Below, in pieces: positions 23,906-37,152 of a DNA stretch of 60,436 nt (position 1 is the stretch's first letter; each line of letters starts with the position of its first letter). Where the stretch lies: NCBI GenBank assembly GCA_032718475.1, contig JAUCBJ010006973.1, positions 1 through 60,436 on the forward strand. Direction: 5' to 3'. The notes below the pieces were generated by a model. That model made no database searches. It worked only from the letters and a program-made list of their open reading frames with translations, and was not told where the DNA came from. The stretch comes from Nemertoderma westbladi (taxonomy: Eukaryota > Animalia > Xenacoelomorpha). Made by a program: the position numbers and the translations under genes.

Positions 23906-24456
23906 CTGGTAAACGTGTCATTGATATATTAGATAGCGTTTCTGATTCAAGTTATTGTCCTTTATTTTTACTATCGCATTATTATGGTAAGCTTGTTTTG
24001 GAATGTTCCAGACTCGCAAATATTTTTGTTGCTTCAACAAAGGCAACTTTATGGTGTCACGTGTATTAAATTTACAGAGCATGATTGATTAATAATTATT
24101 GGATTTGATGTCGATGAATATATTAGTAGTTAGTGATTTATATTAGTAGTGATAATTAGATTATACTAGTGATAATTATATAAATCATCTTATTATAAAT
24201 ATATATCTTAATCATATTATGTTTTCAGGTACCCTCCTCTAATTTCATATTTCCACCCCTCCCCCCACCCCCACCCCCTACCCCACCGCCCACTAACACT
24301 GACACCACTAACAGTTCTGTAACACTATTGTCCATTATTGTGTAATGGTTTTGGTTCTATCCGTCGCTTATCTAACCTGTTACCTTTTACTAATCAGCAT
24401 GATCCTGTTCAATAGTGCAGTATATAATTCTTTAAAAAATATCTGAATTGTATTAA

Positions 24457-26139
24457 GGGGAGATGGAACCCTTAAAATTTTCAAAAAAATAAAATTTTTG
24501 AGATTTTTTTTTAGTTGTTTAAGATTACAATTTTCCGTAGATTATGGATATTGACACTTTAAAACCATATCATGAGTCCAAACCGCTTGAAACTATGTCT
24601 GTTTGTCTGTTAGTCTGTTTTTTGTCTGTTTGCGAAAATATACAGTGTAAAAAATCTCACTACATTTAGCTAAAACTTTTGGCTATGGGGTTTTCCTGGT
24701 CTGAGATTTCATTTATGGTATCAGTTTCTAAAATTTATTGAGTCTAGCCTAGTCCTTTCTGTCCGTCTGTCTGTCTGTCTGTCTTTTTAGTCTGTCTGTC
24801 AAAATATAAAAAAATACACCAGACCTAACTAAAGATATTGCTATGGGGTTTTTCTGGTCTGTGATATCGTTTCTGGTATCAGTTTCTACAATTTATGGAG
24901 TCTAGTCCTATCTGTCCGTCTGTCGGTCTTTTTAGTCTGTCTGTCAAAATATAAAAAATACACCAGACCTAACTAAAAATTTTGCTATGGGGTTTTTCTG
25001 GTCTGTGATTTCGTTTCTGGTATCAGTTTCTAGGATTTACGGATTATTCGTCCTGTCTGTCCGCCTGTCTGTCTGTCTGTCATTTGGTCTGTCCGTCAAG
25101 GACAGACAAAATTACAGACAGAATTGACGGAGAGACATACTAGAATCCATTAATAGTGAAAACAGACATAGGAAATGACATCACAGACCGGGAAAACCCC
25201 CATAGCAAAATTTTAATTAGGTGTTGTGTGCTTTTTTAAATTTGACGGACACACCAAAAGACTGACAGAATGGACGGTCAGACATGCTAGAATCCATCAA
25301 TAGTAAAAACTGACATTGGAAATGAAATCACAGACCAGAATAACCCCATAACAAAATTTTATTTAGTTGTTGTGTGCTTTTTTAAATTTTGACGGACAGA
25401 CCAAAAGTCAGACAGAATGGACGGACAGACATAGTAGAATCCGTCAATCTTGAAAACTGACATTGGAAATGGAGTCACAGACCAGGAAAACCCCATAAAA
25501 AAATTTTATTTGAGTGTTGTATGCTTTTTTATATTTTGACGGACAAACCAAAAGACAGACAGACGGACAGACAGACTAGAATCCGTCAATCGTGAAAACT
25601 AACATCGGAAATGAAATCACGGAACAGAAAAAGCCCATAGCGAAAGTTTTATTTTTTGTTAGAAAAAATGTCCTTTCAAAATTTGACAATAATGGTATGC
25701 ATGAAAATTCTCCCATTTATAAAAATTGGCGGGAAGGTTTGAAAACTTTGAATGCATTTTTCTCCTACTTCAATTTTTCATGTTATTTTGGATACAAATG
25801 CCCCATTATCTCGAGAACGGCTCTATGAAATTTCTTGAAATTTTGACACATGATCCATGGCGGTGTGGCGCATAACTGGAACCTCTAATATCATAGTTTA
25901 CTCATCATCATTCTTTGTATTTTAGGAAAAAATCCCAAATTTTTGACCTTTTTTTAAAAAATATGAAAAATAATACAAAAAATTCGAAAATTTCGAATTT
26001 TTTTAGGTTCCAGGTCTGACGGAGTGGCTACTTTAATAGCAGACCAAATTTCATAAAAATCGACCTGGTAGTTCTGGAGAAAACGGGGCATTTGTTTAAA
26101 AGGCGTTTCTATGGGAAAATCTAAGGGTTCCATCTCCCC
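24457..26139. mobile_element. Non-autonomous Kolobok-type DNA transposon with internal inverted arrays of 120-170-bp repeats
   Basis: TTAA TSD (24453-24456, 26140-26143); TIR GGGGAGATGGAACCCTTA; gctatggggttttt units forward (24600-25095) then reversed (25100-25650). Confidence 0.88.
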
Positions 26140-26291
26140 TTAAAAATTTGCTTGTCAGAAGTAAATAACTTGTTTGAAAGTTGTCAAGTGACTTGCACGT
26201 TATTTCGAACCACCTCCAATATTTGACATGTACGCTCTCATGATCATGACATGTTCATTAGAAACGTGATAATCCAAACTTATTTTATTAC

Positions 26292-27180
26292 TGTTTGCGC
26301 TTTTAGACCTTTATCAGTTTAACCTGCTAATTTATGTGTCTTATGATGTCTGAGAGCCCGCAAAAAATATGACCATAGTAGAAGCCAGTCTAGCGCGGCG
26401 TATGACCCACCGTGTGTGGGAGACTGAATTCTATAAGCGAGAGTGAGGTAGGCTAATCTGTATTATTCGATTGATCTCTTCTATATAATATCCAAAAACT
26501 ATGTTCACTTTCAGGGCAATATCAACAGTTCCTTTAGATGTTGCGCTTTTAAATACCAGACAGAGTTATAACATGCAATAATTACAACGGATTGTTTGTT
26601 TAATCGAGCCACTATGTTTTACATTATTTAGGAATGTAGAATTATTCACTCGCACTCACTTTACTGACAATAGTACTGAAACACATTAATTTGCTGACTG
26701 TAACCAATTTTACTCATATATAAGGAGAAATTTACCTCGCTTACGCTGGGGTTATGAAATAGCATAAAATTCATACAGACCACTGTAATTTGAGTCAAGC
26801 AATTGCTGCTAATATTTCCTTCTGCTTATCTCAATAATAAAGAAAGTTAGGGGGAATTATCGATTATTCGTACATATTCTCCAAATATTAGCATCCATTA
26901 AATGTGTTACCAAGTAACAATGAATAACAGTATAAAACAGTATAAAATATGCGGTGCCGGCATTTAATCAACAGTCAGATGTTTGCTGTTACAACAGTCA
27001 GTATAGCAGTACAGGGAGAGTTTGGGAGTGAGTACCGAGAGTGAGTACCGAGAGATAATTTACAATAAACTATAATAACTCTAGCCAATGGTCTTGGACA
27101 GAAGTCAGAATGTATGATTTTGTCACATTGCGGCATATTCATATGTAATCAAGGTTTCAAGAAACCGTAAAGTGAAAATA
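26292..27180 (-). repeat. BEL-B 3' LTR, lacking ~200 bp of its start
   Basis: Matches 42147-42680 plus 46830-46940. Confidence 0.85.
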
Positions 27181-27229
27181 GTAGGAGGGCTTAATTAATT
27201 AATTAATTAATAGGAGGGCTATAACTCCT

Positions 27230-30200
27230 GGGAGAAGGGTGCAATACAATTGCATCGGAAGGATTTGGATTTCGGTCGGTGTATCCGCCAGTCGAGGTAC
27301 CCATTGATCAATGTTGATAGGAGGTTTTCTCCTCTCCTTTGATTAGGCTGCACCATCAATACGTTTATTAGAGGACCCAACCGATTGAGGGCGCACAACC
27401 TTTAAGGCCCATCCCAGGACAGCAGCCTATACTGGTCCTGTCTTAGTCGTCTGTACAACCACCGTACGTAGACCGTGAGTAGTCAGGAATTTTCGGGGTT
27501 TAACAGTTCTGTCTAATTCCCGTTCTCTCGCTTTGTAGTCATAAGGATGCCGGTGGACTTCTTGTAACTCAGCGTGCGCATTTACAAACGTCTCACCATA
27601 CTCAGGGTCTATACTTATAAAGCTGATCAAATGATAAGATTCAATATTACTCGGATTAATATTTCATAAATATTTCCAGACGTATTTGGTGGAAAAACAC
27701 CCACCAACGCGTTTGATTAAATTGTAGCTGGGAGTATGAGTTTTTAGGGGTGAAATGCATACACTCCCACGTTCGCACGTCCTGGAAAATAACAATGGTG
27801 TGACTCGCAGTGAAGATCTGCGCTGGCTTCCAAAGCTCGTATGTATCGAAGTTCAATTAACACGTCTACACTTTCGATGTCTTGGCTAAAAGGGCAATCC
27901 CAACTAGCGTGTCCTTTAAGTTGACAGTAATGACATTGTGTCATAAACTGGGGACGAACAGTGAAGATATGCTTATTATTGATGCAGCAATAAGCACAAT
28001 AAATCTCCATTAAGGGTTTGTCTTTGAAATAAGAACAAAGTTCAACAGAGTCTAATGGAGTAGTGTGATCACGAGAGGCGCATAATCAACAGGTAACTTC
28101 CAGGAAATATAGCTGGCGTGTCTATAATCATAGTCTGTAAGACCTTGGTCGCAGACATTGAGGGCCTTGATACCACTCCAGCGTGTGATCATAATCATTG
28201 CTCCTAGGAGTCGTTGGTTGGATCACATCTGCTACCAAACAGATAGGTTCCTCTTCGGTCTGGAGAACTTCATTAGATGTGGTCATTCCTTTAGTTTGGA
28301 TTTCCATGATGGAAGTTTAGTTCTCTGTAGAACAGTGGAATGCATATTATGAATGCAAACGTCTTTAAAGATAGCGAATCCGGCACTATCTAGTTTCTGA
28401 GTGGCAGAGTTCCGCAGGCTGAGTTTAGTTAGTGCGCGATCTTTAAACTGACTAGCAACGTTCCGAAACAGAGTCAGAAAGCGCCTAAAACATTCAAATC
28501 GGATGAATTTGTTATGTTCATCTAACTTAACAAGCTTAGTTCCCAGGATAAGGAGATGGGAACGTATGGTTCGACTGCACACATCAGCTAACCATCCAGA
28601 AAGTGAGGTATTTTCGACTATGGTGTAGATGGCCAAGGAAGGACGGAGGGGAATGCTCATAAAACTATAAACCGCTCCAGGCGCTGTCAATGGCCCATCG
28701 AAATATAAACGTGAATAATGTTTACCATAAATCTGTTGATAATTAAGCGGGTTTCCCACTTTGAAATTTCATCCGTATTCTTGGAACGCTAAAGGTCCGA
28801 TGGAAGTTCGTTGGACTTTATTTATCCCGCTCGGCGTAGTAGCGTACATGTTTTGGACAAATCCTCGACCTTCTCCCCAAGGTGCTATTAATTGTGTGTC
28901 GACGAAAGGATATGGGATATTTTATTTCTAAAATCATTCTGCAGACCTCCATAGATCGTGGAACCAAGTTTAAGTATTCTTTTGTCAAATAGCATTTCGA
29001 GCACGGGTCGAGGAAGCATAGAGCCATCTATTCCCATAGCTGGTTTCCGATCAGTGTTGATCACATAACGCTGTGCGAGTTCGAATTTTCCATGTCAGAG
29101 TCTCTTTTGTATCTCAGTAAGATTTTCAAAAGAGTAGTTAATCGAATCGGAACACGGTCGGGTGAAGACTTGGGTGGAACTGGCTAGTCCTCGAATATGG
29201 ATAAGTTGAGTAGTCCCAAGTTCTACCATAGGAACACTACCTTCATTATCGTATGTTACAACACCATACATTTCAATAATGTTTTGAGTTTTGTTCCATT
29301 CAGCCGTGGCTCTTTCTAACGTCATATCCACAGGGTGCAATAATGTCACTCTTTTGCAGGCATTAGTTAAATCACGATATTTTAAATAATGCGTAGTATG
29401 CGTAGTTTCTTCTCCGTAACACTGTATGCGTTCTTCCTCGAACAACACATCCAAGTTCCAATGAACTAATCAAGTTTTGATGAATCCGTCGAGGTTGTAC
29501 AGAGGGAGCACACTGTTCTCTATTCTGGCAACATTATACGGTTTTCTTAATGAGTTCTATTTAACTAATTGATCGTGATGTTTTTGAAGCTGTTCCAGTT
29601 CAACCAGATCAAGGGGATTTATTAAAGGAAGAAACCTTAGACTGTGTATAGGATCCTCGGGTTTTACCATGTAATATTGAGCTCAATGGACATAGTAGGG
29701 GTGATCTTTGATCCCGTAAAATGAGTTTTGTAAGGGTCTAGCACGCATATTAATCTCATGCACCATGCGACAAACAAGGTCTGCTTGGTTGTATGGAGGT
29801 TCAACGAGAACACCATCTACACGAGCAGTTTCGATCGGAGGATGCTGTAACATGGGAGCATCAGCGATAAGCTCGCAAGATCGCAAGTCGGTAGGTATTG
29901 ACTGGTTGGGGTTGCACTGTGGCAAATAGTTGGTTGCCAAACTGCGGAATCATTAAGGGATGGATGATGGTTTTCGAATAGAGATCAGTCATGAGTATCT
30001 TAGTTTCAGTTTACGCCAAAGCTGCTTCCTCTCTCTCATCCATTTCAATATGTTTCTCCTCAAGCTGATTATTCTCTTCCTGACTCTGAAACAGGTCACA
30101 TAAAAACTCTTGTAATGAATATGTATGTCTAAGTTCGTTGTCTCTTTTGAGGTTTTCAATTTCTTGATCGAACTGAGGTAGGAACTGAGGCTCTCACAGC

Positions 30201-31279
30201 TTGTACCTGTTGATGTAATTTAATTTTGTCTAAGACATGGTTTGAATGGGGAAATCATGTGTCCTCATCTCAATCCGGCTAGATATGTAGGGCGAATATC
30301 CAATGAACCAACAGCTGGAATGCCACTGATCAGTTGTTCGGGTAAAACCAGATATTTAAACAATATGTATAACTCAGGAGGGCCAGTTATACTTTTAGGA
30401 GCGAGAGTTTGTAGTCACACCGAGAAATGAGGGGGTCTGACCGAGTATTCTGGAACTCTGATCATAGGTTTACTTAAGGATCGTTTGAGTCGAGTGATCG
30501 TGGGTTGCACGTCGAACAGATTTTGCTCAAAACTGCCGTATGTTTAGCGCAATGTCTACATGGGTGCTTGTAGCATTCTGTTTGTTGATTAGGTCTGGGG
30601 CATTCGTCACAATAACACCAAAGACGCACATCTTGTAAATTAAATGCTGGTGACCTTTCTCACGTTTTACAGTATTTTTCAATTTGCTCGAAATTGTCCA
30701 GTACAACAGGTTGTGGTTGATTCGCTGTAAGGTACATCATGGTAAAATATCATCGTTTAAGTTTGATCATAGGGTCAGGATGTATACCTTGTGGATATCG
30801 AGTTTCTAAGTTTTGCTGACTCGCTACGTTAAGATAAGTTTCTCAGAGGAACTCCAAATACTCGTAAAAGATTGTGCGTTTGTCTGGTTCTTTGACATCT
30901 TCTCTTTCGAGATGATTTCCAATAGAGTTTTCATGATCGATCTTGTCTTTCCGGCTCCTTTGTGCATGAAATTTGAATAGAATCATCTCCATTTCCATGT
31001 CCAAATCATCTGTATCGTGTAAATCGATAGGGTTTCCAGTAATTAGGAAATCCATATACATACCATATCGATGCGTATACGCAAGGTGAATTTTCTATAA
31101 TCTAATTCACGCTTAAGCTATTCCTTGGTAATTGGTGGTTCGATATAACGTCCATCATCAGTTGTTGTAGGTTTACTAGCGTCGCCGCTTAATAAACTAT
31201 CAAGATACGCTTGTAGAGGTTGCGTATATCTCTCCTTAATACTAAGGTCCCCCTCTATCAATTCAGTCATAGTATACAT
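27230..31279 (-). pseudogene. Decayed large accessory ORF of unknown family inside BEL-B; contains a CX2CX4HX4C knuckle
   Basis: Chain of same-strand ORF fragments from ATG 31279 (MYTMTELIEG), linked by single stops (several are TGA, compatible with CGA>TGA) and frameshifts; CHYCQLKGHASWDC at 27894-27935. Confidence 0.65.
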
Positions 31280-32309
31280 GGGAGTTTATCACTATTATAA
31301 TAAAGGCTAGCGGGCATGGCTGCCTAATCTGCTCCCCACAGGCCCCCGGACAGCCAGAGATTCTCAGCGCCGGTGTACTATTGTTGCTGTGCCCCTCGCC
31401 AACGTAGTAGCTACACAACGACAACAATAATCAGCGCGAGTCACTCCACTATCCGTTCCCAGGGCTCAAATAAAGTAGAGATAATTATTGCAGGTACAGG
31501 ATGACTTTCACAATTGCGGTACGCTACTGTAAACACACTTTAGTAGTAACATTCACCTTTAAATACACAAATTCCGCATTCATGCCACAATTCACATAAT
31601 TTGGGGCCATTTCTCGATTAATCAAATGCCTTCCAGAATATCACATTGTTGTTGTGTATCTGTAATTCAAAGCTAGTGGTAGAATTAGGGTATTTCTCAT
31701 GCGTACAGATCTGGGATGCTATTTAATAGTGACTCTCAGGTTATTATTATTCTCTTTATATATGATGTTTATTAATTTTGTTGGCTATTTAAAGGCACAC
31801 TAGGAAATTCTCTCACCTGTTGTAATAGGGTGAGTCTCCGCTCCCTTGATCTATTAATTGACTAATTTTAGGGAATTTCTAATAAATTGTCTGAAATTGA
31901 CAATTTTATTTAATTCAAGAGGGGACATGAATTTAAAATTTATTCCCATGAATTTTATTCTTTTAATTTATGATGGGCACCGATTTATTCCAGAACATGT
32001 CTCGGGACGTTAACCACTGATTCTATAAATTTGTCTTTTAAGTATATCGGTGGGTGCCACGATATCTTAATTGACTAAAATTCCAGATTTTCAAAGGGTT
32101 TAACAGATTTACTGTTAAATGGACATCTCCTACTATACGAATTATTTTAGGACCATGGTATTGCAATATTGCGAGAAGCAATGTCAATGAGAAGAGACAA
32201 GTCGTTTCCAAGGTCTACCCAGAGCTTGATTTAGCTGAGACATGAGTATCTGAACTTTGCATTACTAATACTCTACTTTTACCAATAATACTTAAAGTAT
32301 AGTAGGTAC

Positions 32310-35215
32310 ATGGGAAACTTGGTGTCAAAGGAAAGGGGTGCATTGGTTAATCTCCCTCCAACACATATTAGCGCATCAAACATGATGCCAGAAAATGAAT
32401 CCCTTAAGCGCATCTGCGGATTTCTCAACAACAGGAATTACTTCTCAGGATCCACATGACATTGTAGAAGTCTCAGTAGTTGCTTGTTGGTATCATCATG
32501 CTCCTGGTAACTGATCTTGATACTGATACTTGGTAGGTAGCCGATAAGTGGGAAGGTCTTTAAGGGCGTTGACCTCTTTGACTACTCCTGGGATGGCGAT
32601 GGAAACACCTTTTCAAGTATGTTATGGCTTTACTAAACCTGTTACAGGAACTATAATACACCATCGCTCTCTGAATAATAGGAGAGAGTCCTTCAGAGAA
32701 ATCGGGTATACCAGTCTTCCAATCTCTGTCTCTAATATAAACAACTAACTTACTTTAGACTCGTTTAGGATCTTTAGATCTTTCTTCATTAGGATCCTTA
32801 TTATCTTCACCGGCCGTATGCAGTACTGACAGATCAATCGCTGGTTTGAACAGTTTAGATTTACTCATCCGGGTTTTAGGTTTAACGGTTTCTGCTCCTT
32901 TGGGGGGGGGGGGGGGGGGGGCATTCCTCCTCTGGTTTACTTAAGAAGTCAGGGCCACCTAACCAATCAGGAGTATCTGTCAATTCTTTTGGTGTAGCTA
33001 CTCTGGAGGCTATGTCGGCTGGATTAATGGTTCCAGGGCAATGTCTCCATCGGTCTATATTAGTGCAACTAAGTATAACAGCTACTCAGTTAGTGACAAA
33101 GACGCTGAACTGGCAGACTTCGTTAGTAAGATATACTAGAACGAGTAATGCATCTGTCCAATAAACAGTTTTATCCAACTGATATTCTATATCTTCAGTA
33201 ATATTCCTGCTGATGGCGGTAGCGTATAATGCCACTTTTAACTCCACTCTAGGGACTCATAGTTTGTTATTTATCAAACCCTTTGAAGTGGACAATGAAA
33301 CTTTAATTCCTTCAGGAGTTTCGACCCTTAAATAGGCTACTATACCTATTCCAATATCGCCCAATATTCCAATATGAATAGGTGTCTCCTAAAACATGGA
33401 GTTGATATGAATAAGTGGGGAGAACGTGACCGACATATGAGCGGGAAATCTTAAAGTTCTCAATAGTTGGTAAAGAGTCTTCCCACTTCTTTAACAGTTC
33501 TCCCTTAAGTGGATCATCCCAAGAGTGGTTTTCGGGCCACATTTGTTTAACTAAACTCCGAGCAACTAGGATTACAAGACTAATAAATCCCAACAGATCG
33601 AAATAAGTGCTCAGAATTCTCAGGCAAATCCTCTTAGTTCGAACAGGATTGTCACGTTGTTTTTATTGGAAGAATAAAATATCCCTCTCCATATCCCACT
33701 TTAATCCGAGGGTTTTCGTTTCTGGGTGGTCGTCTTTAATGTGGTCGAGATCTTTAGCACCTCGGCTTTCTTCTGGGATTGCCTCCAGTAACTCACAGGA
33801 GTTGCTGGTGAATTTAGGTAACCAGAATCCACCGCGTTGAAGACACTCTACTGTTCACTTGGCAACCACCATTGCTTCTTCCACTGTTGGCAGGGATTTG
33901 AGGTTGTCGTCCATATAGATGTCTTGTTTGATGTTATCGATTACTGCTTTGGTGAAGGTGTCTCGATTTTCATCAGCAGTGATACGCACCACCGAGCAAG
34001 CGTTAGATGGACTAGAGGTAATGCCGAAGGCCTGGATGGTCATACTCTACCGGTTCTTTATCGAAGTCTCCTTCCAGCCACCACTGGAACCATAAGCTAT
34101 CTCTGTCTCGTTGCAACGCTTTAAATTGTAGAAACATGCCTTCAATATCCGAGGCAAATACAATTGAGCCCTGCTGGAGTCGTAATAATATTCCTAACAG
34201 CGTTTGTAATAATTTGGGTCCCGGCAACAATTCTGAGTTCAGGGACTGTCCTTTATATAAGGCACAGCCATCAAAAACCACCGGACTTCATTGGGTTTAC
34301 CGGGTTTGGGAACATAGTGATGAGTTAAATAATACGTTCTCTCCATTATGGGTGTTTCTATCAGAACTCACCCCACGTATCCCTTATCTATGAACTTTCT
34401 CAATTATGTTTTGTACATTTACTTAGCTTTATCATTCGAAGATAAGCGTCGATGTAGTTGTTCTTTTGATTTAGATTCTTTTGATGGCTAACGGTCGACT
34501 ATTGATGAAGCTGGTTTCTCGTTTCTGGAAAGGTAAACCGATCTCGAAATGACCCTCCTCTTTGATTAAACGAGTATTCGTAGCTTGGATTTGTTTAGCT
34601 CTCTCCTTTACAGATAGAGTTTTATCGTACGAGTTAGGTTCTACAGCTTCTTGTGTAAGGAATCACACGGCGTGTTCATCTCTCAGTTTTGCGTTATATT
34701 GCTCCACCACCTCATTGAGTTCATCATCCTCATAGGCTAATAACTCGTTGTTTTGTTGGATCAGATGACATAATTCAGTTTGGTTAATCCTGGCTTGATT
34801 CTCAGTGAGGGGTCCTATTGTATTATCCTCATCATACAATACCTGAATATCGTCGATATCTGAGGAGCATGGAGTTTCCTCAGCTGTGATTACTTCCTGA
34901 TTCACGGTTTCCATACTCTCACTTACCTGATTGATGTAGATGTTTTATGTCCTTTCTCGCAGGGTTCGTCGAGATGGTCCTGTAAAGTACCAACCTACAC
35001 TTGTTTAACCGGTTGTCGCGGTTGAGCAGGTCTCTTCTCTAAGGTTTCCAGTGCCTCGTGCGCATTTTGGCCGAGTAGCATCTGGACTCCAGGATATTCG
35101 GTCTTAAATCTGGGGATTCTGTACTGTTGAGCAAAGCTGTCCTCGTCCCAATTATAAGGTTCTACATGACTGGTGGCAAAGTTCTTAATAGCTACCATCG
35201 TGATTAACCTTATAC
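32310..35215 (-). pseudogene. pol: BEL-B pol remnant (end of protease, RT, RNase H, start of integrase linker)
   Basis: VVFDGCALYKGQSLNSELLPGP, SDIEGMFLQ, FGITSSP, IYMDD, YQLHVLGD, VPRVEL, YWTD, WRHCPGTINPADIASR, VGGRLTNAPL. Confidence 0.92.
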
Positions 35216-36180
35216 TGTCCTTACTGGTATAGGTTCAATTATAGGACCTAGCCCCTTAATATAAAAGGGTGGTAAATTTAAACTGAATATATTTAGATAT
35301 ATAATTAATTACTTATTAGCCTAGGGTAATATTGCAGTACCAGTAGGTTGGTACCGTCTGACCGTAATGAACCGGCTTACATACATACGATTAATGCTTA
35401 TATTCCAATAACTTTATGCTTATCTATAAATAATAATAATAATATAGACATTATATTGCTGGTTATTGCCCTGTCTTATACTTATTATCATACTATGGCG
35501 CTGCGAGTTGTTGACCTCAGTTAGAAGATGAAATTCTAAGGCGATAACTACATAACATATGGATGGGAAATAATAATTTCTGAATCTATACAAAAATAAA
35601 CCCGGTCAGTCCAAAAAGTTACATAATGTCAGCATCACGTGTTGAGGTCTCAAAGCTGAAATCTTCAAGAGCAGGTTATAAATCAGCCTGTACAAGATCC
35701 TCAAACATGTTTGCTAATGATGTACAGGAGTATGACTGGGATGAAGACCCGGCTTACTTGGAAGTCCTTGTTGAGGATTGGAAAGTTAAGGTAGAAAAGT
35801 ACCAGACAGCAGAGAATGAGGTTATAGCACATCCTTTGGCCAAGTCGATGGATGTAGACCCCGAACTTTACAAACACGAGATGGGTTTGTCAAAGGCAAC
35901 AGCCAAAGTGCGGGGAATTCGATGGGATCTGGAAGCCCGGCGAACTCAACAAGGAATAGATAACTCTACAGCTAACATGAGTATATCTAACCCTCCACTA
36001 CCAGACAACGTACAACCCATTTCTCAGGAGTTGCCACGTTTTTCGGCTAAACGCCCACAAAGTCTTGAGGAAGATATCGACTTCCGGGGGTTTAAGGCAT
36101 GGCAAGCGTTATGGGAAAATTATGCAGCTTTAATGGAACTAAGAAAGAGACCAAGAATGGTACAGGTAGCAGAGTTACTA
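35216..36180 (+). mobile_element. 5' fragment of a Gypsy-like LTR element: short LTR, tRNA-Ser-type PBS, gag start
   Basis: Begins TGTCC at the break in BEL-B homology; PBS TGGCGCTGCGAG at 35496-35507; gag from 35626; fused by deletion to the BEL-B leader at ~36181. Confidence 0.7.
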
Positions 36181-36195
36181 GACACTAAATACTGA
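35626..36195 (+). pseudogene. gag: Truncated Gag N-terminus
   Basis: LKSSRAGYKSACTR helical N-terminus; KRPQSLEEDIDFRGFKAWQALWENY capsid-like start; follows a PBS. Confidence 0.65.
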
Positions 36196-37152
36196 TATTT
36201 TTATGGACTAAGTTACTTATCACTACTAATTACTTAAGTATATATGACGGTTTGAGATTACACAATCTCTAAATAAACAATAAACAAAAGTTATACGGAC
36301 AACTTTAAGGGTAATTTTACATGATTTTTACTAACCAGAACTTTGAATTTCTGGTTCTTTACGGGGGGTGCACTACGGAATTTTAAAACTAATAAAGTAG
36401 CATTCAATAATTCGCGTTGTGCAGATAAGGAAATGCCACCGTCTGATGGCTTATAGTCTACACTATAAACAAACGTACCAGGAGTGTCCTATACCTAGAA
36501 GTTAAATATTGTAGCCTACGCTAACAGACCTATTAACCACTTTACAAAACAAAAATACTGCGTACACACTAAATTAAATTTCAGGATAGTGTTGTACTCT
36601 AAACCCTAGATTAGAAACCAACACTTATATATCATATAACTCACAGTTAAATATACTTGAACAGCAAAAAGAACCACAGCATCTGCTGGAGTCACCAGAG
36701 TATTTAGACTTACTTACTTCGATGCTAAAGAAATCATGGACATACATCCAGCAGTCATGAAGTAGTACTGGGGTTAATTTAACTATTAAGGTACGTACAA
36801 CTAGCACGATTACTGTATGAATAAACTGATTGTTAAGTAATTAAAATGAATGTTGTATGTTACTTGCATAAACTCTGAATAATAAGTATTACACTACCCT
36901 TACAGATTAATTTACATAAAACACAAGCCAAAATGCTGACACACTACCGCTAAATCTAAAATAAAAGACAGTAGATGAAGTTTCCAAAATTGTTAGTTAG
37001 TACGCGTTCCAGACTTCGTGGTACGACTTATTCTTTAGTGGAGGATTTACCGTATAACATGGAAGCCCCCAATTCCTAACTGACAAATAACCCACAATAC
37101 TGTATTTCACCTCAAACCCAATGACAATCAGATAGATTTAGACTACGAGTTA

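Noticed and set aside
24255-24292. C-rich tract as a telomeric or regulatory G-quadruplex element
   Set aside because: Short, irregular low-complexity run with no supporting context.
27427-27480. GLRTVVVQTTKTGPV as the BEL integrase C-terminus
   Set aside because: The resemblance is short, no DDE core lies nearby, and it is 5 kb from the pol remnant; not enough to call.
31317-31370. GC-rich stem upstream of the accessory ORF as an HDV-like ribozyme
   Set aside because: GGCTGCC/GACAGCC can partly pair, but the P2/P3/P1.1 nested pseudoknot order cannot be built.
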